Source: Candidatus Micrarchaeia archaeon
Lineage (GTDB): Archaea; Micrarchaeota; Micrarchaeia; Anstonellales; Bilamarchaeaceae
Assembly: GCA_041653635.1 (NCBI GenBank)
Contig: JBAZFC010000001.1
Location: 335,426 to 399,425 of the forward strand
Direction: 5' to 3'
Length of the DNA stretch: 64,000 nt
How positions within the stretch are numbered: the first letter of the stretch is position 1; each line of letters opens with the position of its first letter. The position numbers and the translations under genes are program-made. Shown piece after piece: positions 36,046 to 46,636 of the stretch. Under the pieces are notes generated by a model. The model was not told where the DNA came from, ran no database searches, and was given only the letters and a program-made list of their open reading frames with translations.

Positions 36046-37464
36046 ATGGAGAAAAGAGAAAGCTGCGGCATAGTCGCTGTGTTATCAAAAAACAACAAGC
36101 CCGTGGCGAATTATATTTACAACGGAATGCTTGCGCTCCAGCACAGGGGGCAGGATGCCGCCGGCATGGCAATCTACGACGGAAAAAAGCTGGTTGAAAA
36201 GAAGGGGCTCGGATTGGTCTCCCGCATATTTTCCGAAAAGGACATGGTGATGAAGGGTGGTATGGGGATTGCGCACACGAGGTACCCGACAACCGACACG
36301 TGCGAAATTGCCGATGTCCAGCCGTCCGTTGTGCAGAAGGCGGGGCTCGCCATTGCGCACAACGGCCACATCGCCAATTATACGGATTTGCGGAAGGAGC
36401 TGGAGAAAAAAGGCGCGAAGTTTGCGGGCACGGTTGATTCCGAAGTTATTGCGCACGTGCTTGCGGATGCGTTTGCTTCTGGGAAGGACATTGAGGGCGC
36501 AGTGAGGCACGCGATGGGCAAGCTGGATGGCTCGTATTCCGTGGTCGCGATAAAGGACGGCGTGCTCTTCGCATTCAGGGACCCGCACGCGATAAGGCCC
36601 TTTGAGCTCGGCGAGAGCGGGGATGCGTATTTTGCCGCATCCGAAACCGTGGCATTTGACATAAACGGGGCGAAGCACGTGGGGACGCTGGGCGGGGGTG
36701 AGATGGCAGTCATAAGCCCTAAGGGATTCCAGAAGAAGATGGTATCGCCATCCACTCATAGGCACTGCATGTTTGAATATGTATATTTCTCAAGGCCGGA
36801 CTCCGTGATAAACAGCGTGGAGGTGCACGAGGCGAGGAGGCGGCTCGGGGCTGCGCTTGCGAGGGAGGCGCCGGTGAAGGCGGACGTGGTCGTGCCGATA
36901 CCGGACACGGCGAGGACGGCTGCGCTTGAGATATCGCGTGTTCTTGGGATACCCTATGAAGAGGGCATAATCAAGAACAGGTATGTGGCGCGCACGTTCA
37001 TCATGCCGGACCAGAAGATGCGCGTGGGCGCGGTCAAGGCGAAATTGAACCCGATAAGGAGCGTTGTGGAAGGCAAAAGCGTAATCGTTGTTGATGACAG
37101 CATCGTCCGGGGGACCACGACCAGGGAGATACTGAAGATGCTTAGGGATGCAGGCGCGAAGGAGATACACATGCGCGTCACGTGCCCGCCGGTGATGCAC
37201 CCGTGTTTCTACGGGGTGGACATGTCCACTTACGAGGAGCTGATTGCCGGCAAGAAAAGCGTGGATGAGATAAGGAAATTCATAGGCGCGGACACGCTGT
37301 ATTATGTTTCATTGGACGGGCTGAAAAAGGCGATAGGGCTGGATCTCTGCACCGGATGCCTGGATGGGGATTACCCGACGGCATACGGAGCTAAGATGGC
37401 GAAGGAGAGGAAGGGCTGCGGAAAGGAAGGAGGAAAGGATTCACATGGCTGTGGCTGCGGTTGA
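36046..37464 (+). CDS. purF: amidophosphoribosyltransferase
   Basis: N-terminal CGIVAV nucleophile motif (Ntn glutamine amidotransferase), PRTase motif VIVVDDSIVRGTT. Confidence 0.9.
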   Translation: MEKRESCGIVAVLSKNNKPVANYIYNGMLALQHRGQDAAGMAIYDGKKLVEKKGLGLVSRIFSEKDMVMKGGMGIAHTRYPTTDTCEIADVQPSVVQKAGLAIAHNGHIANYTDLRKELEKKGAKFAGTVDSEVIAHVLADAFASGKDIEGAVRHAMGKLDGSYSVVAIKDGVLFAFRDPHAIRPFELGESGDAYFAASETVAFDINGAKHVGTLGGGEMAVISPKGFQKKMVSPSTHRHCMFEYVYFSRPDSVINSVEVHEARRRLGAALAREAPVKADVVVPIPDTARTAALEISRVLGIPYEEGIIKNRYVARTFIMPDQKMRVGAVKAKLNPIRSVVEGKSVIVVDDSIVRGTTTREILKMLRDAGAKEIHMRVTCPPVMHPCFYGVDMSTYEELIAGKKSVDEIRKFIGADTLYYVSLDGLKKAIGLDLCTGCLDGDYPTAYGAKMAKERKGCGKEGGKDSHGCGCG

Positions 37465-38986
37465 CCCGAAACTGATGGAAAAGAAAACCGGGATTAAGGA
37501 AGCTGAGATAATCAGGATTCTTACGGAGATAGGGATGCCCACTGAGAGGAAGGACGGGCACCTGGTTGTGGAAATCACGCCGAACAGGCCGGACCTCTTC
37601 CCAATGGAGGGTATGGTGCGGGCGCTGCTCGCGTACAATGGCGGCAAGGCGCCGGAGTACAAGGTGCTGGATGGCGGCTACAAAATGAAGGTTGGAAAAG
37701 GCGTGGAATCCGTCCGCCCGTTCGTGAGGTGCGCGGTCGTGAAGGGCGTGCGTTTTGATGACGAATCAATCAAGGACGCCATGCAGATGCAGGAAAAGCT
37801 CCATGAAACTGTCGGCAGGAAAAGGAAGAAGGTCGCCGTGGGGCTGCACAACCTTGACGCGATAAAGTTTCCGCTTGAGTATGTGGTTGGCGCGGGCGAA
37901 AGATTCGTTCCTTTGGAAACGGGCAAGGAGATGGGGCTCGGCGAGATACTGGATAAGCACCCGAAGGGTGTTGCGTATGCGCACCTGTCCCGTAACGCAA
38001 AGGTCGTGATAAAGGATGCGGAAGGGGTAATTTCCTATCCGCCGATAATAAACAGCGAGAGGACCAAGGTCAACGAGAATACCAATAACTTGCTTATAGA
38101 CGTGACCGGAACCTCGGAGGAAACCGTGGAAGGCGTTCTGAACATTATCGCCACCGCGTTCGCTGATGCTGGCGCAGAAATTTATGCTGTGGAAGCGGGT
38201 GGAAAGAGCCACCCTAATCTGGAGTATAAGAAAATAGCTTATGACGAGGATGAAGTGCGGCGCGTGCTCGGCAAGTCCATCGGGAAGAAGGAGGTGAAGG
38301 AAGCGCTGCAGACGATGGGCTATAAGGTGAAGGGCGAGGTGATTTATGCGCCCCCGTACCGAGTGGACATCATCTCGTTCATAGACGTGATAGAAGACAT
38401 AGCGATAGGGCACGGGTACACGAACTTCACGCCGGAATTGCCGCAGCTGCCGACCATCGGCTCCTGGATACCCGGGGAATCGGACGTGCATGAGATAATG
38501 TGCGGCATGGGCTTCCTTGAGGCGAAGACGTACGTGCTTTCAAACGACAAGCTGCTTGCCGGGACTCCAGACAAGGGGAGGGTAAGGATAGCGAACTCCA
38601 CGAGCGAGGAATTCAATACAGTAAGGACGTCATTGCTGCCGGGACTTCTCGGAACATGCAAGACGAACAAGACGAGAGGCCTGCCGCAGAGGTTCTACGA
38701 ACTGGGAGGCGTCTGGAACGGAAGCGAAGAGAAACGCCTCGGGTTCGTGATGATTGGGGTAGATGCAAAATTCTCAGGCATACAATCTGCGCTACAGACG
38801 TTTGCGAAGGAATGGGGGACCGAGCTTTCATTGAAGCCTGTTGAAGATGCGAGGTTCATAAGCGGAAGATGCTACTCGGTGCATATTGACGGTAAAGAAG
38901 CAGGGGTGATGGGCGAAATCTCCCCGAAAGTGCTTGAGGGATTCGAGCTTGAATACCCGGTCGCTGCCTGTGAAATAAGGGTTTGA
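37442..38986 (+). CDS. pheT: phenylalanyl-tRNA synthetase beta subunit (archaeal)
   Basis: ~515 aa with B3/B4 and B5-like regions and C-terminal class II-like core; start uncertain (37442 or 37475; track ORF from 37364 overlaps purF). Confidence 0.75.
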   Translation, partial: HMAVAAVDPKLMEKKTGIKEAEIIRILTEIGMPTERKDGHLVVEITPNRPDLFPMEGMVRALLAYNGGKAPEYKVLDGGYKMKVGKGVESVRPFVRCAVVKGVRFDDESIKDAMQMQEKLHETVGRKRKKVAVGLHNLDAIKFPLEYVVGAGERFVPLETGKEMGLGEILDKHPKGVAYAHLSRNAKVVIKDAEGVISYPPIINSERTKVNENTNNLLIDVTGTSEETVEGVLNIIATAFADAGAEIYAVEAGGKSHPNLEYKKIAYDEDEVRRVLGKSIGKKEVKEALQTMGYKVKGEVIYAPPYRVDIISFIDVIEDIAIGHGYTNFTPELPQLPTIGSWIPGESDVHEIMCGMGFLEAKTYVLSNDKLLAGTPDKGRVRIANSTSEEFNTVRTSLLPGLLGTCKTNKTRGLPQRFYELGGVWNGSEEKRLGFVMIGVDAKFSGIQSALQTFAKEWGTELSLKPVEDARFISGRCYSVHIDGKEAGVMGEISPKVLEGFELEYPVAACEIRV

Positions 38987-38989
38987 GCA

Positions 38990-39490
38990 TCAGGGCGTCT
39001 TCTTTAGGCGGTCTTTCTTCACATTCCCCTTAGTGGTTTCCGCCGGGATTCCGATAGGCAGGATGCAGACCGGCCTGCCTTGTTCTTGGAATATCCCCTT
39101 CACCTCTTCATCACTGAACGCACCCACCCATACCGCGCCGAGGCCGAGGTCCGTGGCCGCCAATTGCGCATAGCCCGCGGCGAGGGATGCGTCTATTATG
39201 CAGAATAAATTTCCCCGTTCCCCGTATTTCTTTGAGGAAGACGCCGCATCCGCGAAGAAGACGAACACTGCCGGGGCATCGGAAATGAAACCCTGGTTGA
39301 AGGCGGCCTTTGCGAGCTTTTCCTTAGTTTCTTTTTCAGTAACCAGATAGAAATGGTAGCTCTGCAGGTTGCCTGCGGACGGGGCTAGGTTGGCTGCATC
39401 CTTAATTGTGTCTAGCTGCTTCTGCGCGAGGGGCGAGGGCCTAAACAGCCGCGTGCTCTTCCTTTCCCTTATGAGTTTTTGGAATTCCAT
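38990..39490 (-). CDS. nitroreductase family protein
   Basis: 166 aa; N-terminal RERKSTRLF motif and overall nitroreductase-like pattern. Confidence 0.75.
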   Translation of the reverse strand: MEFQKLIRERKSTRLFRPSPLAQKQLDTIKDAANLAPSAGNLQSYHFYLVTEKETKEKLAKAAFNQGFISDAPAVFVFFADAASSSKKYGERGNLFCIIDASLAAGYAQLAATDLGLGAVWVGAFSDEEVKGIFQEQGRPVCILPIGIPAETTKGNVKKDRLKKTP

Positions 39491-39542
39491 GGCTAAACCG
39501 CCAGCATCAAACTATTTAATCGTTTCACCACATATCAATACT

Positions 39543-42500
39543 ATGAACAAGCACCTGATTTTGCTATTTGCTATTTTTGCAGTGGTTGCCATCCAGGCGG
39601 CTTTTGCCGAAGCGCAGACGAGCTATCCGCGCACATGGGAGGATAGCGGATGGGTTGCGAACAACGAGCACATAATGGACCTGGGCTTCTTTGAGATTTG
39701 GTATAGTGTAGAGCCAACAAACAACATCAGCAGGATGGATGTATTGGGGATCATGCTTCCATTCCATGAAAGCTTAGAAGAGGCGGAGCTTGAGCAACTG
39801 TTGCCGGAATGCCACGGCATCGGCTGCAACTCAAGCTCGGAGCTTGAGAGTGCGTTGCGGCATAAGGAATATGCTGATGGCTTGCTGGATTTCGTACGCA
39901 TCGGAAGCGCCGCATCTACATCCCACCCGGCGTATGACGTCGCTTACGAATGGTACCTAATGCACTATGTGGGGGACTGGAAGGATGCCATGGATTGTTC
40001 ACTACGTGCCGTGGAGAAGGAGGGCGCGGAAGTAAACGGCAGGAGGCTCGCTGTAGAGGCGACTATGGAGGAAGTGGCTAGTTCTGGCATATGTGAATCT
40101 AGGTATTCCGGCCCCGCGAACTGGATATGTTATGCGACTGTGGATGATGTGAGGTGCAACAGCAGCGGGCTGGATGATTCAATCCCTGACATGACCTGGT
40201 ACCCGGCATGCATGAGGACGCATTGGGAAACCGAAACGGTGCTTGGGGAGAAGAACGCCAACATGACCGAAAGCTGGGAGGGGGCGCAGGCAAAACTATC
40301 CGAGCTTGAGGCGTATGCCCTAGACTCCAGGGCGCAGGCGACTGTGCTCATTGACTTGATGACTGCGACAGAACTTGATGGGATAACTGTAAGCGCGGAA
40401 ACCAGCGACATCGGTGGGGTTGCGAGCATAAGTGACGAGTATGCGATCATAAAAAAGGAATATGAAAACGGGAATAAAGCAATGGGGGGTGCGGACACAC
40501 AAGCGAACAGCAGGTCGGATGGATGGTATAAGAAAAAATATGACTCTTATTGGGTGGCTGCCACATATTACGACGACATAGTTGTGAATGGCGCTTTGCT
40601 GTTGGAGGACGCGGAAGCGGTCGTGGCGGATTTTGGAGGTGAGGCGCATGCCGCACTGGCACAGGCGCAGCGCAGCACGAGACTGACCGAGGCGGGGCAG
40701 GCACATCTGGTTGAAGCGGAAATTGCATGCAATTTTGCGGACGCGGAAACAAAGCTCGGCGTCCGGTTCGAGCAATACGGGTCGTGTAGGATGCACGCGC
40801 GGCTTGCGCTGGACGGCACGGACATAGAACAGGCTGCTGAATATGAGGCAGCCGTGCTAGAAGTTGAAAAGCTTATCCAAAATGCGACAACTGATGGGAT
40901 AGACACACGTAATGAGCAGGCGCTCTTCACCATTGTAAAGAACATGAAACCCACAGACGCGGTGGAGATTCTCTCAAGAATCAAATCCAGCATACTCGGA
41001 AAGGCAAGGGTGCTGTATGGGGGCCTGCCTGGAGAAAGGGAAGATGCGAAAGCGCTCATAGAGGGTGGGGGTAGCAGCTTCGCTTACATGAATTCCTGGC
41101 TGGAGAGGGAGGATTGCTATTCGGGAAACGACCTTGATTATGATTGCGCAATCGGTAGCCTGAAGATGATGCACAACGGGTACATGAACATTTTCAATGC
41201 GACCGCCGCCCGGGCTGGTGAAGTGGTGGGCAACGCGATGCTGGTTGATTATTATGAGACTACTACCGCCGCCAGCCTTGACGAAGACAGCGAATACACC
41301 TTGGTTGTGCGGGCCAGAAATACCCTGCCGATGGGAGCGGAGAATGCAGTCATATCAGTTCCAGCCGGCGCGGAGATAGGGAAGATGGACCTTGTTGATG
41401 GAGGCGAGCGCGTGAGGACCGTAGCGTACCAGGACGGGGTCGCGACCATACAGCTTGTGCAGGTTTCGGCTGGAGAAGAAGTGGTGCTTGAATTCAAGAA
41501 AGGGTACCGTCCCTGCGTCGCGTCTGGCATCCGCACCAGCGCGGTCGGGGATGCAATAGGCGGCGCAAAGGTGAGCAGGCAGATGAGCCTTGCCTGTTCA
41601 ATGCAGGTGAACTCAATCAATGTTGGTTCGGGTTTTGATTCTGCGGTGCTGGACGGCACGGCCCACGCAGTCACGGACGGAATACTCAAGGCAAGGATAA
41701 CAAAAGGGACGCATTCCCTGGGCATCGTTGAGCATGTTGCAGACGCGTACGGAATGGACAAGAGCACTGAGTTGGTGACTACAGCCGGGACGATGACGAC
41801 AGTTGCATATATGATAGACATCTCTCCAAAAATGGACCTGGACATGGTTCCAGTATGGGTGGATGAGAGTGGCAAGAGCCCTAGATCTATAGATGTTTTT
41901 GGCTATACTGGGGAGCAAATCAAGAATGTGAAGAAGGACGGTACTGGGGTAGTCTATTTTGAGATAAACGGCTTAGAAGCGGACAAGCTGGCTAAGGTGC
42001 GGGTGAGGTACGAATTCTCCAATATCAGCAGCTATGTTGGGGATAGGATTGATGAGTTGGAGGGTGTGAATATGGGCGGCGAGGCGAGGGCGCTCCTGGG
42101 CAATGCGTCAAACCTTTATGCAGCAGGCGATTACGCAGGTGCCCTGGCTGCGCTGCAGAGCACCGAATCCCAGATTGAGAAAGACGCGAAAGCTGCCGTA
42201 AAGGTGGCTGCGAAGGATAGTGAATTGAGAGCAGAAATTTCAGAGAAGGCGGCAGAACTGCGGGGTGCAATCAACATCGGCGAGGATAATGGTGTGGGTA
42301 GCCAATACCTCCCAGAGATGCGTGCAAGGCTCAGTGTATTGGAAGGCGCGCTTGCACAGAACCTGAGTGTGGGAGCGACCTCCAGCCCGCTTGAGGATGT
42401 GGATTTGGGATGGGAAGGAAAAGAAATAACCAAGATACAGAAATATGTCAAGGACAACGAGGCGAAGATAAAAAAGGATTGGATGGCGATTGGTGTTGAT

Positions 42501-43250
42501 GACGCAAACCTGAGCAGCGCCATTTCAGGGCTTGAGGCACAGGGTGCCGTGTTCTCTGGCACTATGACGCTAGAGGATGGAATGCTCGCACTTGCCGCGC
42601 TGGAAAATGCACAGGATGCGCTTGATGCCCTTAAGGTGAGGGAAGGGGCAAAGGATGCGGTAGAGCGTTCAGCACTATCCAATCTTATAGCCGGAGCCAA
42701 TAGTGTGCTTTCCGAATACGAGGATGAGTATTCAGACCTGCCGTCTGGAGACAGCATGCTCTCGCTCTTTGAAAAGAAGCCGAATGAGATAAAGACGCGG
42801 CTGACGGCACTGAACCGCAGCACCAATACTGATGCCGCAATGGTGGAGGCGGCGCAGCTTAAGGCGGACATGGAGAGCGTGCTCGGTTTCCTTAATGGGG
42901 AAGGGCTGCGAATGATTGCTTCTGCCACTGACCTTTACACCGAATCAAAGGCTACGCTGGGGGAGGATGAAAAACAGGATGTGGAAAACTCCCTGGAAAT
43001 GGCCAACGATTACCTTGACAGCGGCAGATTTGTGAAATCCATCCTGGCAAGCGAGAACACAATCAGCAAGTTGAATGGTGCGGAGTCGGTGGATAACGGG
43101 TTACTTGTTCTTGCCCTCACTGCGCTCCTAGTTATTGGTGCCGTGGCGCTATTGCTATTCCGGAAAGGCAATGTTTGGCCATCAGGAAGTGGTAGGAACA
43201 AACCGAGTTTGAGGAAGCTGAAGAAAATTGAGGTTGATGAATTCGACTGA
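39543..43250 (+). CDS. large cell-surface protein (~1235 aa), signal peptide + C-terminal TM anchor; possible S-layer/adhesin
   Basis: Start at MNKHLILLFAIFAVVAIQAAFA (track ORF from 39369 overlaps the nitroreductase gene); C-terminal hydrophobic helix LLVLALTALLVIGAVALLLF followed by basic tail; many N-glycosylation sequons. Confidence 0.6.
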   Translation: MNKHLILLFAIFAVVAIQAAFAEAQTSYPRTWEDSGWVANNEHIMDLGFFEIWYSVEPTNNISRMDVLGIMLPFHESLEEAELEQLLPECHGIGCNSSSELESALRHKEYADGLLDFVRIGSAASTSHPAYDVAYEWYLMHYVGDWKDAMDCSLRAVEKEGAEVNGRRLAVEATMEEVASSGICESRYSGPANWICYATVDDVRCNSSGLDDSIPDMTWYPACMRTHWETETVLGEKNANMTESWEGAQAKLSELEAYALDSRAQATVLIDLMTATELDGITVSAETSDIGGVASISDEYAIIKKEYENGNKAMGGADTQANSRSDGWYKKKYDSYWVAATYYDDIVVNGALLLEDAEAVVADFGGEAHAALAQAQRSTRLTEAGQAHLVEAEIACNFADAETKLGVRFEQYGSCRMHARLALDGTDIEQAAEYEAAVLEVEKLIQNATTDGIDTRNEQALFTIVKNMKPTDAVEILSRIKSSILGKARVLYGGLPGEREDAKALIEGGGSSFAYMNSWLEREDCYSGNDLDYDCAIGSLKMMHNGYMNIFNATAARAGEVVGNAMLVDYYETTTAASLDEDSEYTLVVRARNTLPMGAENAVISVPAGAEIGKMDLVDGGERVRTVAYQDGVATIQLVQVSAGEEVVLEFKKGYRPCVASGIRTSAVGDAIGGAKVSRQMSLACSMQVNSINVGSGFDSAVLDGTAHAVTDGILKARITKGTHSLGIVEHVADAYGMDKSTELVTTAGTMTTVAYMIDISPKMDLDMVPVWVDESGKSPRSIDVFGYTGEQIKNVKKDGTGVVYFEINGLEADKLAKVRVRYEFSNISSYVGDRIDELEGVNMGGEARALLGNASNLYAAGDYAGALAALQSTESQIEKDAKAAVKVAAKDSELRAEISEKAAELRGAINIGEDNGVGSQYLPEMRARLSVLEGALAQNLSVGATSSPLEDVDLGWEGKEITKIQKYVKDNEAKIKKDWMAIGVDDANLSSAISGLEAQGAVFSGTMTLEDGMLALAALENAQDALDALKVREGAKDAVERSALSNLIAGANSVLSEYEDEYSDLPSGDSMLSLFEKKPNEIKTRLTALNRSTNTDAAMVEAAQLKADMESVLGFLNGEGLRMIASATDLYTESKATLGEDEKQDVENSLEMANDYLDSGRFVKSILASENTISKLNGAESVDNGLLVLALTALLVIGAVALLLFRKGNVWPSGSGRNKPSLRKLKKIEVDEFD

Positions 43251-43252
43251 AG

Positions 43253-44752
43253 TCAGAAATCGCCTAGTCGGGACTGCCCTTTAGCCTGCACTGGAGCATC
43301 TTTTTGTATTTTGCTTTCTGGGGAGAACCTCTTCCTTTCCATTTCCTTCTGTAAAGAGAGGAGGATCTCCTTCATCTTCTGTTCCCGTTTCCTTGAGGCC
43401 CAGAAGTAGTATTCATCTCGCGTGGCGCGCGTCATCAGGACATGCACCGAGCCGTCCTTGAACCTGCCTGCGCGGCCCCTGCGTTGTATGGAGCGGATTT
43501 CGCTGGGTATGGGCTCAAAGAATATGACTGAGTCCACTGCTGGGATGTCAAGGCCCTCCTCCCCAATGGAGCTTGCAATCAATATTTTGAACTCATCTTT
43601 CCGGAACGCGTCCATTGTCTCCTCTTGCATCTTCCTTGTGAAGCCGTCCCGCTTGCCCACGAATATCTTTGAGGAAAACCCGTTCGCGTCCAACACCTCT
43701 TTTATCCTTGTTATCTGGTCCCGGTATTGCACGAACAGGATTACCTTGCTGCCTTTCATTGAAGAGAGGAGGGATAGTAATTTCAGGGTTTTGGGGTGGT
43801 CGCCTGCGGATGATAGGATTTTGAATGCAATCACCATCCCCGGGCGTGCCACCAGTGCGGCAGATGTCCTGGAAGCCGAGGATTTCAGTTTTGCGATGTA
43901 ATTCAGCGCAGGGTGCGGCCCTTGTGTCTGCAGCAACTCCTGCAGATGTATTAGGTGTAAAAGGGCGTAATAGTAGGAAAGAAAGGTATATTTTGCTGGG
44001 TGGCGCATCGCCTGCAGCCTGCGGCCGTACAGCATGAATTGTTTCTTTGAAGTTATGGGTGGTTTCTGGTAGCCGTTGCCTAGTTTTTGGGAAAATTCCC
44101 TGATGAGTGTGATTAGTTGGTTGTCGGCTTCCTTCAATTCGGGGGATAAATCCACTGGAATCCACGACGCAGCCAGTTGTTTTGTGTATGGCTGGATTGC
44201 CGCGTCTGTTTCCACCATAATTTCAATGTTGTTTATGTTTAGGTTGGAGAGAACCTCTTTGATCCTTGCCCTGTCCCCACCAGGAGAGGCGGTGAGTGCT
44301 AGGGAAATGCAGTTTTGCGGCAGGCTTCCGGCGATGGGAACGTACGCGTAATCCCCCACTGCACGATGCGCTTCATCAAAAACAGCCAACGAGGTGTTTT
44401 TCGCAGGGTAAATCCCATTCTTCAGGTCGTTTTTGATTGTTTGGGGGGTAGAAACGAATATCTTTGCTGTGTACAGGGCGGCGCGCTTCTTTTCATTAAC
44501 TTCCCCAGTCACTAGGGAGATGTCCTCGGGGCCAACACCTAAAATTTTTTGTATTGTAAGATAGTGCTGCCTGGCCAATGGTTTGGTTGGTGTCAGGAAC
44601 AGGGATTTCCCTACAGAAAATAAGTTTTCTTTTATCAATGCAAGTGCGATGTGTGTCTTTCCAAGGCCAGTTGGAAGGACAACTAAAGTGCTGCCGTTCC
44701 GCTTCACAGATTCCACAATCTGGGACTGGTAGGGTCGCAGGTCTAACTCCAT
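43253..44752 (-). CDS. superfamily-2 DEAD/DEAH-box helicase, Hef/FANCM-like helicase domain without nuclease domain
   Basis: Walker A LPTGLGKT, DEAH box FDEAHRAVGDY, motif VI QRRGRAGR; start at MELDLRPYQ (44752) preceded by AT-rich promoter-like sequence. Confidence 0.75.
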   Translation of the reverse strand: MELDLRPYQSQIVESVKRNGSTLVVLPTGLGKTHIALALIKENLFSVGKSLFLTPTKPLARQHYLTIQKILGVGPEDISLVTGEVNEKKRAALYTAKIFVSTPQTIKNDLKNGIYPAKNTSLAVFDEAHRAVGDYAYVPIAGSLPQNCISLALTASPGGDRARIKEVLSNLNINNIEIMVETDAAIQPYTKQLAASWIPVDLSPELKEADNQLITLIREFSQKLGNGYQKPPITSKKQFMLYGRRLQAMRHPAKYTFLSYYYALLHLIHLQELLQTQGPHPALNYIAKLKSSASRTSAALVARPGMVIAFKILSSAGDHPKTLKLLSLLSSMKGSKVILFVQYRDQITRIKEVLDANGFSSKIFVGKRDGFTRKMQEETMDAFRKDEFKILIASSIGEEGLDIPAVDSVIFFEPIPSEIRSIQRRGRAGRFKDGSVHVLMTRATRDEYYFWASRKREQKMKEILLSLQKEMERKRFSPESKIQKDAPVQAKGQSRLGDF

Positions 44753-44853
44753 ATAAACATAAATTATGAGAAGAGAATATAATGGGAGGGGAGGGTGTGT
44801 TTCCACTAATATATCTTCGTATGATATGATAAATGATATGAATTTAAAGTAAT

Positions 44854-44869
44854 TGTAACCATGGTTACA
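44854..44869. promoter_or_regulatory. 16-bp perfect palindrome TGTAACCATGGTTACA (copy 3), between the Hef-like helicase start and the pepA 3' end
   Basis: Exact palindrome in an AT-rich intergenic region. Confidence 0.5.
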
Positions 44870-45132
44870 TTGTGATTGAATGTTGGTTTATCTATACGAC
44901 ATAAAAACGGCTTTACGGAATTATAACCGAGTCAAACGCGTCTTTTATTACAACCTAAATCGCAGGGGGTTGAACAAATATTACTGGAAAACAAAATCCG
45001 TCCTTGTTGTGCCCGATAATCTAGGGCATGTTGTGGATCCTTTTTTCAAAGAGTACTCAAAATTCCTCATAGTTTACAAAATAAAATGCCGTGAAATAAA
45101 GGAACTGAAATAGTGGAAATGGGGGGCGTCCC

Positions 45133-46617
45133 CTATGATTTTTTATTTTTTGCCCACTCCTTTAAGAAGGTCGCCAGCAGCCGGACCCCCTTGCCCGTAG
45201 GCCCCCTACAAAAATAACCAACACCACCCTCACTTTTCTCAACAGACGCCATATCTAAGTGGACCCAAGGGGTCTTTCCAACAAACTCCTTCAGGAAAGC
45301 CGCGGCGGTTATCGTGCTTGCCTCACCACTCTCACTCCCCATATTCTTCAAGTCAGTGTAATCTCCCTTCACCATTTCAGAATATTCCTTCCAAAGGGGC
45401 AGTTCCCACACCCGCTCCCCAGTTTCAAGCCCGCAGCCATACATCAGTTTCATCGCCCCGTGGTCCGTGCCCAACATCCCCATACCATGCCTTCCGAGCA
45501 CGACCATCATCGCGCCGGTGAGTGTAGCAGCATCAATCATCAAATCTGGTTTTGCCTCAGATGCGTAAGCGAGCGCATCCCCCAGAATCAACCTCCCCTC
45601 CGCGTCCGTATTGAGTACTTCAACACTCTTCCCATTATACATCCTCAACACGTCGCCAGGTTTGGTCGCGCTGCCGCTCGGCATGTTCTCGGTTGCTGGC
45701 ATCAGCACAGTTATCCTCAGAGGCAGCTTCATCTCAGCCACCGCCTTGAGCACCGACAGCACCACCACCGCGCCGGTCTTGTCAAACTTCATCGCGTCCA
45801 TGCCCTTGGACGGCTTTATGCTTATCCCACCACTATCAAACGTTATCCCCTTTCCCACCAGCGCGACGTGCGGCAATTTCTTCCCATCATTATATTTGAG
45901 CTCTACCATGACTGGCTCCCGTGCGCTTCCATACGAGACTCCGAGGATGCCGTTCATTCCCATCCTTTCAAGGTCTCGCCTGCCCAACACCCTGAATTTC
46001 AGCTTATACTCCACAGCCAGCTTGCGGGCGGTTTCGGCCAGCTTCCTGGGCGTCATGAAATTCGCCGGTTCCACATCCACCACCCGCGCATAATTCTGCG
46101 CATCAGTCAGTATCGCACCTTCCTTCACTTCAGCGCTAACATCCAGATTAGAGATTATCGTGAGCTTGCGTATCGCCTTCCCACCCCCATCCTCCTCACC
46201 TTTCTTCTTTTGCTTATATGGAGCCAGCCGCAGGCTCGCGAGCATTATCCCTTCGACCATCGCACGCGCCACATCGTGCTCCGAATGCCTGATTGCGCCG
46301 TAGAAATCCACCCACACCGAAACATCCGCCAGCTTCAGCCCCCTCGCCATCTTGACTATCCTGGCCCCGGAAAGCCGGAAATCCTCCAACTCCACATTTT
46401 TTTCCCTCCCGAAGCCGAGCAATAGCATCCTCTTGTACTTCCTGCCCCGTGCGGGCAGCAGGTAGAGCCTTCCCTTCTCTCCTGAAAAGTCCTTGCCTAC
46501 CCCAGCCTCTTCCAGCTGTGAGTGCACCCATTTCGGGACCTTGCCCCTGAAGCACGGAACCACGAGCATATCCGAGCCCACTCCACCAACATCCTTCCTC
46601 GCGAATTCAACATCCAT
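45133..46617 (-). CDS. pepA: leucyl aminopeptidase (M17 family)
   Basis: M17 signature NTDAEGRLILGDAL, metal ligand context. Confidence 0.85.
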   Translation of the reverse strand: MDVEFARKDVGGVGSDMLVVPCFRGKVPKWVHSQLEEAGVGKDFSGEKGRLYLLPARGRKYKRMLLLGFGREKNVELEDFRLSGARIVKMARGLKLADVSVWVDFYGAIRHSEHDVARAMVEGIMLASLRLAPYKQKKKGEEDGGGKAIRKLTIISNLDVSAEVKEGAILTDAQNYARVVDVEPANFMTPRKLAETARKLAVEYKLKFRVLGRRDLERMGMNGILGVSYGSAREPVMVELKYNDGKKLPHVALVGKGITFDSGGISIKPSKGMDAMKFDKTGAVVVLSVLKAVAEMKLPLRITVLMPATENMPSGSATKPGDVLRMYNGKSVEVLNTDAEGRLILGDALAYASEAKPDLMIDAATLTGAMMVVLGRHGMGMLGTDHGAMKLMYGCGLETGERVWELPLWKEYSEMVKGDYTDLKNMGSESGEASTITAAAFLKEFVGKTPWVHLDMASVEKSEGGVGYFCRGPTGKGVRLLATFLKEWAKNKKS

Positions 46618-46636
46618 CCGAACACCGCCGTTTTCT

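Noticed and set aside
45259-46425. Plus-strand 388-aa ORF antisense to pepA
   Set aside because: His/Pro/Arg/Gln-rich shadow frame; the minus strand carries the M17 NTDAEGRL signature.
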